DNA of 64,000 nucleotides from NCBI GenBank assembly GCA_964486845.1, contig CAZAQY010000007.1, forward strand, positions 1,688-65,687, in the 5' to 3' direction. Under the pieces are notes generated by a model. That model saw nothing but the letters and a program-made list of their open reading frames with translations, was not told the DNA's origin and searched no databases. Positions 19,901 through 31,900 of this stretch are shown in pieces. Every line of letters starts with the position of its first letter. Within the stretch, counting starts at the first letter, position 1. Source of the stretch: an uncultured Pirellulaceae bacterium (GTDB lineage Bacteria; Planctomycetota; Planctomycetia; Pirellulales; Pirellulaceae). A program made the position numbers and the translations under genes.

Positions 19901-22900
19901 CACCAGCGTCACGCCGGCGGCCAGACGGTCGTTCGTGTCCACGCTGACCGGCACCGTTTCGTTGGTGAGATCGGACCCGCGGCGGATTTCGAGTTGGTAC
20001 GCGCCCTCGATGCGCCCGGTGCCGTCCGGTCTGTCGACGAACGTTGAACTGGTGTCGGGATCGGCGTTGTTCGTCCGTTCGCCGCGTTCTGCGAAGCCGA
20101 TGATGAAGTCATCCAGGTAGACGCCCTCAAACCGATTGCGCTGCCCCCGCGTCGCCGACTCGAAACCTCCCATCGCGTCGCCCGGCAAGTACGCGGTCGG
20201 ATTGGGGGCGTTGGCGGCGTCGGGAAGAACGTCTTCAAAGCCCAACGGACCGGCGTCGACGACCTCGTGGCCGATGATCCGGATCAGGTCCTCGTCCTGT
20301 TTGACAATATCCGTGGGCGTTTCCAGCCGCAAGGCCGCGCCGACGTTCGACTGGAATTGGATCTCCCAGGGGAAACCGGACGCATGATTCAGCTCCACGC
20401 GCCGTTGATTCGCCGTGCCCCGCGCTCCCGAACTGGCTTGGATCTCCAGATTCAGCGTGCTGTTGATCGACGCGACCATGGCGGACGCTACGTCGTGGGC
20501 GGTGAAATCAAAGCTCGGCGAGAAGCGGACCGGAATCCGGGGCGTTTGACCGCCGCGCTCTCCCGTGGCCACCAGGACCGTCGGCTCGAACTGGACGGCG
20601 AAAACCGAGGGATCGCCGCCCAAGGTCACGACGCCGTCTCCCAGATTCACCGGCTGCAAACCGGGAACGAAGTTCCGCACCGTTTGGGCCACCTGAATCG
20701 CAATGCTGTTCTGGTCGGCGCCGCCCACCACGAGTCGTTCCGGTTGCTTCGGATTCACGGTGACGGTCAGCCAGGATGCGCCGCGGATGGCCGCCGCGAT
20801 CCGCTGGGCCATCTCGCGGGCCGGCGTCGGATTCTGGCGAGGAGTCGCGGTGAGATCGCCCGGATCGAACAGGATGGGATTGGGACCGGGGATCTGCGGC
20901 GTCCGCACGTTGTCAAAGGTGAACGCCACGAGTTTCCCGGCATCGTAGAAGCTCAGTTGCTCGCCTTCGGTGTACTGGTCTCCCCGCCGGGCGGTCAGGG
21001 ACGTCGTCTGGAAGGTAACCCGGAAATTGCCGGCCCGCACGGCCCCGTCATTGTCGAACTCGAACACGTAGTCCGTGCCCGTCTGCGAATTCGTAATCGT
21101 GAAGATCTCCTGGTCGATCACGCCGCCGGCTCCGCCGCCCAGTGCCGGCACGCGCAGCTGCAACGGGGCGCTTGCGGGATCCATCTCCAGGCTCGTGGTC
21201 AGTGTCAGCGCGTCGTTCTCGTCCGTGCCGCCCAAGTCGATCAGGCCGTTGGAGAGAACCGCGGGATAGATGAACAAGCCGGACACACCAGGCGACAGAT
21301 GGTCGACCGTTGCGGTTGCCAAGGCATCCCGGGGCAGCATGTCGAAATCTCCCGCCCCGGCGCGGACGATGACCGTATTGAAATTCCCCAGGGTGGCCGT
21401 CAACCGTGAAGTGGAGTCGGGTGGGTCGGCGAACACATGATTGAGCGCGTTGAAGATCCGTTGGGCCATCACCGCGGCCGGCGTGGGAGCAACCGGGTCG
21501 AACGCGATTGGATTAGGTCCGGCAATGGTGGTTGTCCGCACGTTGTCGAACGTCACGGTGACCCAGCCGCCGCCCGCCGGATCGAAGAAGCTCAGCTGTT
21601 GCCCTTCCACGTACTGGTTTCCAGGCAACGCTTGGATCTTCTGGGACCACAGCTGGATGGGGATGCTCCCCGGCGTCACGACGCCGTCCTTGTCGTACTC
21701 AAACCGCACGGTTTCCGCGCCTTCTGTCGCGTAAAAGGCCTGGCCGTCCGGGATGGGGCCGCCTTGACCGGACTGCGTCAGTCCCGGCGCGCTGGCCGTG
21801 TCGAGCCGGTGCGTGGCTGTCCCGCCGACATGGATCTTGCCGTCGCCCAAGTACTGGGCGCTCAAGCCCAGCGAGGTTCGATTGATTTGGTGGACAATCT
21901 CGCCGGCGATCTGTTGCGGAGTGCTTCCCGAAAACACACTCACGGCGGCGGCGCCGGTCGCCACCTGCCCGTCCAAGTCGAACTCGAACGTGATCGTGAC
22001 GGGGAAAGTCAGGGTGTAGTTAGCCGAATTCACGCCTGCGTCCACCACCAGGTCCACCACGCCGTTGGACCGGGTGACGGGCGTCATCCCGGCGACGACA
22101 CTGTCCACTGCGTCTCGAATCCGATTCGCGACGCGGCCCCGGCTGTCCTCCGGCAAGAACGAAATGCCGATGGGCTTGATTTCTTCCGTTTCCGTGGCGC
22201 TGGGCGAAGTACTGATTACGCCGTCGCTGTCCAATTCGAAGACGTAGCGGGTAACGTAGCCCGGCGTGCCGGCCGCCTGGCAGTGGGTGACATCGTCGCC
22301 TTGGCAGACCGAGATCTGGAACCACTCGCCGTCGGTGACGCCGCCGCTGCCGCCGCCGGCAGCGGGTACGCGCAGTTGTAGGGGGGGCAGCGACGGATCA
22401 CGCAAGCTGGTCCAGCCATTGGTGATGACGAACTGGTATCCGTCGGCCAAGACGTCCGTCTGCCCTGTTTGCGACAGGTGCGTCCGCGACGTATCCAGCG
22501 TGACTTGCGTGGCAGGGTTTGAGTCGTAGGCGATCGCGCCCAGGTGGACGCGGACCGGACCGGTCGACTTGACGGGCGCCATGCCCAGCCCCGGAACATT
22601 CTGCAGCACGGCCAAGATGCGGTCCGCCAGTTGGTCCCGGCTGTCCGTGCGCTGGAACGAGATGCGGATGTGCTGGAGCGGCTTCCCCGGAGACGACGGT
22701 GTGGGGCCTAAGACTCCGTCCGAGTCAAACTCGAAGACGAACGTCGTCGTGGGCGTGTCGATCGTAAACCGTTCCGTTGTCGCCGTGTTGTTCTCGAGGA
22801 TCTTCTGGCCGCTGGTCTTCCTGTTGGGCGTGCCGAGCGGATCGTCGGCCGGTGTTTGCAGCGACAGGCGGCCGGTGCGGAACATCGCCGCAGGCGAACT

Positions 22901-25900
22901 AAGGGTCAGAGAGGAGTTTGCCCCGCCCCCGAGATCGATGTTTCCGGCTCCTCCCAACATCGTCGGGGAGACAAACAGCGACGATTGGTTAATGGCCTGG
23001 AGGATCGCCCGACCGATGGCTTCGGGACCGTCGGCGTTTGAAAAGGCGATCGCAATGTTGGGGACGTTCAGTATGCCAATGGCCTGATCGAATCCGACGC
23101 CGTTGGCAAAGGCGATGTCCTCGAACTCAAACGTCCGCGCCAGCGAGCCGTCGCCGAGGATGAACGTCTCGCCGTCGACGATGCCCCCGTCGGGCACGTG
23201 AATCATCAGCGGATCGGGCAATTGCATGGACAGCGTTTCGGGCAATTGCAGCGTCACGGCGGGCGAAACGCCGGGTTGGCCGTCCGGTTCGGTGAGGAAC
23301 GTATATGCCTGGCTGCTGAGCGTGACGCCCGGGCCGCCGAACACGGCCACGCGGCCGCCGCTGAGCCGTCTTGTCTCCAACCCCAACTGGCTGCTCAACG
23401 GGTGGTTTGCAACCGCTGTCATCACCGCCCCAATCACGGCCTCCCGGTCGTCCGAGTCGCTGATGCTCACGGGCCAACTGACCTCTCCCACCGGCGTCGG
23501 CAGCAGGCCGCGCACCTTGTCGAACTCGAAACGGGCCGTCGCCGCGCCGTCGGTCAACGAGAACGCAGCACCATCGCGGAACGCGCTGCCACCGCTGGGC
23601 GGAACCTCCAAAACGTAGCGGACCGATTGGGTCAGCGTGCTCCCCGGGCTGATCGCCAGCGTCGAACCGCGCGAACCGCCGATCTGGACGCGGTTGCCCG
23701 TCAGCACCGCGGGCGTCATGTTCAAGGAGGAGCGCAGCGGGTGGCTCTGCACTGCTGCGACCACCGCCCGCGCGACGCTGAGGGCGTTGTCCAGATCGGT
23801 AATCGAAATCGCAACGGCTTCCGAGGCCAGATGAATCAGGCTGTTGTCCTTATCGAACTCGAACGTCGCCGAGATCAACCCGGAAGAGTCGGTAAGGGTG
23901 AAGTAGTCCCCATCCTCGATTCCGCCGTCGGCGACGACGCCGCCGCCGATCGGCACCGCCACGACGTACCCGCTGTCGAACTCGTAGGTTGCGGCGGCGT
24001 TCACGCCGTCCTCCAGTACGAACGAATCCTCGTCGTGGTAGTGCAACCCGTTCTCGGTGATGATGGTGGGATTGTGCAGCCACGACTCCAGGACGCTGTC
24101 CAGACTGTCCGCCACCCCCACGCGATCCATGTCGGTGTTGATCGTCACCAGGGCGCGATCCAGGGCGTTGGGATCGTTCAGGCCATACACGCCCCGGATG
24201 ACGATCGGCGAAGCGCCGCCGGAACTCAGCGTGATCCCCTTCACGCCGGAAACGTTGACCAGATTGGTCCGCACCGCGCCCGGCGGGATCGAGGGGTTCT
24301 CGTAACCCAGATTGCCGTTCAGGTGCGGAGCGACCATCGGCGCCAAATCGCCGCGTGCCACTGCCTGGCGGATTGCCAACGCGATCCGCTCCGCGACGTC
24401 GTTGGCGGTCTGCTTGTCACTCACGAAGATCGGAACCACGTTCCGCGGCTGGAACGGCGAAATCCCGGCTGCAAACGTCGCCGCGAGTCCGGCGGTCCCT
24501 TCGAGCACCACGACGTTCTCGTCGGGAAACGCTCGCTGGCTGGCGACGACGTTCAGTCCCGACCCGGAAATGGCCTGGAGCAGGCCCGGACGAGCGCCGG
24601 CTTCCAGGGGCGGCTGCGACTCGACCACCACCGGCGGCCCGCCATGGACGATCTCGTCCAGCGTATCCGTGGGGAAAAACGGCACGGCCAGGTTGCCGTC
24701 CGCCACGCCCGGCACGCCGGAGAGCGTCAAACTGGGGGCTGCAGCCACATCGACGGTGTGGTCCACTCCGCCGGCGGCGTCCAGGATCGCGACCAATCCG
24801 CCCTCCAGAACGGCGGCCCGCAGTTGGCTGCCGGGGAAGTTGGCCTTGATCTGCGCGTTGATTTCCTCGGCGATAAAGGACGCGATGTCCTCCGCATCCC
24901 TCGGCGTTCTCGTCTGGTTCACCCCCAGACTGCCGCTCGCCGTACCCAGCGAGTGCTCCGGCCGGGTTCCATCCAACACAATCACACCGCCCTGAACTTC
25001 TGCGTCAGCAACCTCGTGCAGACGCAGGTGCAAGTCCACGGGATCCGTCGGGGCAAACTTCACCCAGCCGTCCGTTTGTCCATCGGCGGCGTCGAGGGCC
25101 GCGATGATCCGCTCGGCCAACTCGCCTTGGGTCGGGGGCTGGAAGCTGTTGCTGACGTTGACGGCGGCCGACGTGTCCACCGCGTGAAGGATGGTCGACT
25201 TGTCCAAGACCACCACCCCGCCGCCCGCGTTCTTGGCGTTCAATTTCAGCGCCCCGGCACGCGCCCGGATCGCCGCCGCAACGCGGTCCGCCAGCTGGTC
25301 CTGCGTCGTGAAATGATCGAACGAGATCACGTTGGAACCGCTGCCGGCCACGCCGTTATTGTCGAACTCGAACACCTCGGCCGCGACGCCGCGGCCAAAG
25401 CCGTCGGGATCGATCCGGAAGGTGTTGCCGTCGCGCACTCCACCCACGCCGCCGCCGGCGGCCGGCAGAAGAATCGTGCGGTTGTTGGCGACGTTGATCA
25501 GCAAGTTGCGGGGGCTGAGCCGCACCCCGTCCTTGTCAAACTCGAACACATACGTTGTGATCCCGTTGCTCAGGCTCATCATCTCGCCATCGCTGATCAG
25601 GCTGCCATTCGCCGGAGTCAGAATGGTGAGGTTGTCCGCGATATTGATCGGCGTCGCATCGGGCCCGGGCTCGTCATCGATGTCAATCAACTCGCCGTCT
25701 TTGTCAAACTCGAACGCCAGCGGCAAGTTCTCGCCGTCTCCGTCCAGGTCGACCAGGAACGTCTCCTGATCGGCGATCGCCGCCCCGCCGGCAGCCGGAA
25801 CGTGGAGGATGTAGCCGCTGTCGTATTCAAATGCCTGCGTGCTGACGCCGTCGCTGACGTAGAACACGTCGCCGTCCCGCAACTGGGAACCGTCGGTGAC

Positions 25901-28900
25901 GATGATTTCGGAATCCGTGAACAGGTTGTCCACGAACCGCAGCGTAGCGGAGCCGTCCAGGGCATCCGTGATCGTCATCTCCTCGCCGATCATCCTGGCG
26001 AGAGCCGCTCCGGTGGGCGCCACGATCGTCAGGCCGCTGTCGAACTCGAGCGTCCGCTGGCCGATCTGCACCGTTTCGCCGTCGTCGATGAACAGCCCCG
26101 CCACCGCGCGCAGCTCGAATCCCGTGGTGTTGACGTCGCCGACATTGAAGTCGCCCGCCGTGCTGAAGTCGATCCGCAAGCGGAGGTTGGTCCGTCCGGC
26201 GTACTGATCCAGCGGCACGCGGACCTGCCGCCAATCGCGCACGTCGAACGCTTCCTGGACGTCAAAATACTGAACTTTGTCGTCCGGCGTCGTCGGGACG
26301 TGGGATTTGCCCAGATCCAGCAATTCGTTGCCTACGGTGGCGGGGGGAACCGCCGCTCCGGTGTAGGAATTGTTCGTCACCAGCAGTTGCCAGTCGCCGT
26401 TGTTGTCCGCAACATAGACCCGGAAGGCGTCCCGCATCATGGCCGAATTGGGCACCAGGGGATCATTCGGATTGCTGCTGTCGTTCTCCGTGTCCAAGTA
26501 GTAGCTGAAGTACAACACCGGCCGGTCCGCCGCCGAGTAGCCCTTCAAACTGAACTCGTTGCTGACGATCGTGCCGTAGGCCCCGCCGGGAAAATCATAG
26601 GTCCGGGGGGCGCCGTTGACGTTGCCGCGGCCGAAGTGCAGGCTCGACGTGCCCACGTCGGAGCCTTCGTGCCCCGGATCCAACTGCCGCTTGTCCACCA
26701 GGATCGTCTGGCCCTCCACGACGTTCGGGAGGATGCGCTCATCCATGGCGTCCGCATAGTTCAAGCTCGGCAAGGTTCCCGTGCGGTGGAACAGGTTCTC
26801 GTCCAGCGTGGAAAACGCCAAACCGCGCACCTCGGAGGGATGCAGCCCCGTGCTCACGCTGGTGGCCCCGTTGACAAACACCGGTTGGGCCTCGCCGCTG
26901 GTATCGAACGCGTACAACGTTCCCGCCGCGTCGGTGGCAAACAGCATGTCCGCATACCTGCCGTTTTCCACATTCGCCGGACCGGCTGCCAGTCCGGAAA
27001 ACCGGATGCCCAGCAAGTCATCCCGCGAGGAACGAATGTAGGCCGTGCTCACGTCCCCGATCTCGCCGGACTGGTCCAGCGGGTCATCGACGCGGTACAA
27101 TCCGCCCTCGTCACTCACCGCGTACAGCACCCCGTTCAACGTCGCCAGACCTCGCACCTCGCCGCCGGGTCCTTCGCCTTTCACGATCAAGGACGAGCTG
27201 TTCGTGATGCTGCCCCGGTTCAACCGCACGTACTTCCCCCGCGCGGTGGCCTGAATGCCCAGCGGGTTGAGCGTCTGGTTGATCGCGTTGGCGATCTTGT
27301 TGGCCAAACCGATCTGAGTGCTATCCGGCGTTCCGTCGAAGTTGACGTCGACGGTGTGGTCGACCGGCCAATCGTCCGCCCGCAAAGGAATCCGGATGTT
27401 ACCTCTCGCCACCCCGTGGACGCTGGTGGTCACCTGCCGCCAGATCTCCGGCGCCCCCAGCCGGTTCATCCCGGAAAAGTCGGCGGTGACCGCGTCGGGG
27501 AAGGTGAGCCGGTCGATGAATCCGCCGGCCCCGCCGATCCGATATTCGACTTGTGCCCCGACCACCGAGGCGATTTTCGTCGCGATGATGTGGTCGGACA
27601 TGTTTCGGCCCCTGGCATCATTCGGACCGAGAGGGTATGCGACGTTAAGCGTGTAGTCGGTCGGCATGTTATAGGTCGCCGCCAAAGCAACTCCGCCGTT
27701 GTACCAGCGGTCGTAGGCTTCCTCGATGTTGGAGATCAGGGCGAACCCAAGCCCGTGCCGAGTCACATCCAGGATTCGCGAACTTCCCGGGGTAAACACG
27801 AGCGGGCTGTCGGCATTGACGACCAGACGATCGTTGACCACTTGCGTCGTGAAGATCGGGAACAGCGGATTGATCCTGCTCAGCGTTCCGGTGATCGCTG
27901 CGCTCATCTGGGTGACCACCTGAGCGGCATCAAACGTGTTGCGGGTGTCCGTCAGGTCGATCAGAATCGCGGGGGGAACGGCCGCTGGATTATCAAGACC
28001 CGGCCTTCCGCGAGGCGTGATGTGCGGCGTGCCCGACGTCACGCTGTGGCGGAAACTTCCCACCGGCACGCCGTCATCTCCGCCCAGATGAATGATGCCA
28101 TCACCGAGATTGCGTACCGGATAGGCGAACAATGCCTGTTGGTCAATGGCGTTCGCGATGGCGTTGGCGATCTCGTCGTGTGTGTAACTTTGCTGGAAGA
28201 AGACCGGGATGTTGTTGACCGGATCCGTGAGCGTCGTATCCGTGGTCATTTCAAACACCCGTGTGCGTCCCCGACCGTCGCTGATGGTGAAGGTGTCGCC
28301 ATCGACGATCCCCTCGTCGTCATCTCCCAGGACCGTCAGCCGTGAATCCGTGGGTACGACGACCCTGGTCCTGTTGATGGTTCCGAGGTGTACTACGCCA
28401 CCCGTCTGGACGGTGGGAGCGAGGTTCAAGAGGCTGGGAGCTGCGTACTTCTGAACCTCGACGAGGATCTTCGTCGCCAACTGATCGCTCCTGTCCGTGG
28501 CCAGGTACGCGATGGGATGATTGCCCGGCGTCGTGATGCCGTTCAGGTCCATCTCGAACGTCCGGGATTGCCCCGTGACCAGGTTGCTGATGGTGAACGT
28601 GTCGCCGTCGATAACGCCTCGCCCGCCGATCGGCGGCACCTGGATGGCGTACCGCACCGGCGTTTCTAGGGTATACCCCTTGTCGAATTCGAATTCGTAC
28701 CTCGTGTTCAAGTACGTTAGGGAGAAATCATCGCCGTCCGTGATCTGGGAGAAATCCACACCTTGGAGGATGGGGGCGTAACCCCCCGTACCCTCAACGC
28801 GCACTCGCTGCGTCATGGGGGTGGTCGTGACTAAATCGACCACCGAGGCCACATCCCCGACCAGCGTCACGCGATTGCCGCTCGCAAACGCTGTGACGTT

Positions 28901-31900
28901 AAACCGGTTGCCTGCCACGGCGGAGACCGAATTGATCTCGAGCGCCAGGTTGCTGGCCGCGGCCAAGCGGTCGACTCCGGCCCATAGCCAGTTGTATCTA
29001 TTCGCGGCCGAATCTGCGGGTAGCGGAAGGGTTCGGTCGAACAGGAAGGTCCAGGCGAAGGCACCGTCGCTGATCGTCACCGAGTCGCTGGTTGCGGGCC
29101 ACAGGTCGATGACGATGGTGGACCCCGTGTCAATCTGGAAAACCGTGTTATCCAACTGGAAGAAGTTGCCGTCTCGGATCGAATTCGCCCCGGCCACGTC
29201 GATCGTCTGGATGACCTCGGGCCCGGTATCGAACTCGAAGGTCGTTTGATTCGCGCCGTCCACCACGGTGAAGGTTTGGCCGTCGCGGATGTCCAGCGCA
29301 TTGGCCTTGCCCGGCGGCGGAACCAACCGGTCGTCGTCACTCACCCGCGTAATCCCCCCGCCCGACGCGTAAACCGCCTCGATCCGCGGACTCGTCAGGA
29401 TCTCACCCCGTTCGCGTATCTGAGTGCCGGCGCCCAGGTACAGCGGGTCGGTCGCCGAGCCCGTGCGGTCGATCCCTGACCCGCTGTGCGCCTGGCCGAA
29501 CGTCGGGCTCGACTGCCGGCCGTCAAACTGGTACAGGATGTTGTTGGCGATCTCGACGCCCGGCAGCGCCTGCGGGCTGTCGGCCAGTCCCCGTTCACCC
29601 ACGGCCAAGCCGACCGTATCGAGCTGGGAACCGGCGGCTGCCTTGTAGAACGTAAGCGCGTTGAATTGAATGCCGTCATCCGTCCGGTACGTGATCCCCG
29701 AAACCGGATCTCGGGCGTAAGTCACGATTCCGTCATCGAGGATCTGGCCCGCGAACGTCGCGTCACCGGGATTGACGTGCAGGAAGTTCCCGGATTGCGC
29801 GTCGACGAGCGCTTGCCGGTACGAGTACAGCCAGCCGTTGGGGTGCATCGCGATGTCTCCGGTCTCGACCGTGACTGCCCCCCCCCCCAACGACCCGACG
29901 TTCGTCTCGAGTGCCCCGGTGAACGGATCGATCGTCACCAGTTCCGACAGGTTCGTAACCAGCGGGTTCGGCGCGCGATACAGATACAGGGTGACATCGC
30001 CCAAGTGATAGGCCACCTCGGCCTGGTCACCGAACAGCAGCGAAACCTGGGGCGGATCGGCCGTCGACGTGTTGCCCACCTCGATATGGTCTTCGGCGAT
30101 CCGGCGGATCGTTTCAACCGGCTCCAGGCGGATGTCGGGATTGGTCGCGATGGCCCGCACGAACTGGTCCAGATCGCTGGGCATCCGCCGGTCGGAGGAA
30201 ATGGCGACTTGATACGTCCCCGTGGGCAGGTTGACGACGCCCAAGAAGGGATCGCTGGCCCCCACGGTGCCGCGCGACAGGTCATCGATATCGGCCGAGC
30301 CGGGCGTAGCGGGCCGGTCCTCGGCGATGTTCCCGTCGCGGGCCGTCAGGATCAAACGCCCTGCGCTGTCGTAGACATGAATCGACACGTCGGGGCGATC
30401 GCCCAGTCCGTTGGCATAATCGACATCGAAAATGGTGCTGAACAGACCGATGGCGTCGGGATCCAGGTAGTTGATGTTGAATTCGTAGAAATCGACGTCG
30501 GTTCCGGTCAGATTGCCCGCCACCGAGATGGTTCCCCGGTCCGAATTCAGCAGGTTTCCCACGCCTTGCGCCGTGGCCGTCGAATCGTTGGCCGACGCGC
30601 TTTCGCCGCTCTCACCGGACAGCGGCGAATGGCTCGGCTGGCCGCGGACTTCGATTCCGTTGGTGGCGTAAGCGATCGTGGCATAACGCACGGTGGAGCC
30701 GCCGATTTCGTCCACTTCGCGCAGGCGGACCTGCAACTGGTAAGCGCCGGCAGTCAGCGGGGCGGTCAGCCGTGCGCCCGCCGGCGCCGTCTCCGGCTGG
30801 AGGCGGTCTGCGGCCGCCAGCGTCAACGTCTGGTCGTCGGCCAGGCCGGTGATGGTGTACACGCCGTCGTTGTGCAACGTCCCGCTGATCACCAGCCCTT
30901 GTCCGCGGGCGAACCCGGCGTTGCGGAAATTCCCGTTGGTCACCGTGATCGTGTCGGGCTGCGCGCCGTTGTCGTGGAACGTCAGTTCGGCATCCTCGTC
31001 GGCGAGGAACGTGGGCCCGTTGCTGAGGACCCGGATGTGGTAGGTCAGCGGACGCTCCGGATCTTCCGGGTTGGGAACGCCGGGCAGCACCACGCGCAAG
31101 CCGGGGTCGCGCGGGTTGGTCGTGTAGAGGTCCTGTTGGGGAATCTGCGGCGTCTTGAGCATCAGGCGGGCTGCGCCCCACAGCAAGCTGGGGTCCGCCA
31201 ACTCCCGCTCCGTCAAGTTGTCCGCGGTGCGATCCTGAGGCTCCAGGAAATTGTTCGGGTTCGATAGTTCGCTCGGCGAACTGATTGAACGGGCCAGAAC
31301 CTTGCCGTCGCTGTCCAGCAACTCGATGACCGCATCCAGCGCGTGGGTCGTGCGGTCGATGTCGATCCAGACCTCGGTGCCGGGAATGGCCTTGACGCTG
31401 TAGACGTCCAAGTCCCGCTGATCCGCCAAAAAGCCCTTGATTGTGAATCCCAGACGGCGGTTCTCGTCGGCGGCATACTCCGAAGGCGCCAGGATGCCCA
31501 ACAGTTCGGCGCCGTCCGGCGATCCGTTCGGTCCCGGAGAATTGACGTCGCGGGCTTCTTGCTCGTACAGGGTCTCGACGTTCCGGTCATGGCTGAACCG
31601 GTCCAGCAGCACGCTGTTCCAATCGCCGGGCTGCGGCGCCTGGGCGTTGGGATAGTTTGTGGGGTCGCGGAAATCGCCGTCCGCGTTGGTGTCGTTCTGC
31701 GGGCTCCCGTCCAGACGCACTCCCGCCGAGTGGCGGTCGTCGCGCAGCGACGTCAGCACGACGGGCGAACCGGGCTGACCCAGGATCTGGATGATGCCGC
31801 CGATGCGGTCGTCGATCTCGTGAGGGATCCCCGTGGCCACGAACCCGATTTTCTTGGTGTCGTTTTGGTTGTTGTCCAGCATCTTGACCACCAGGCTCTC

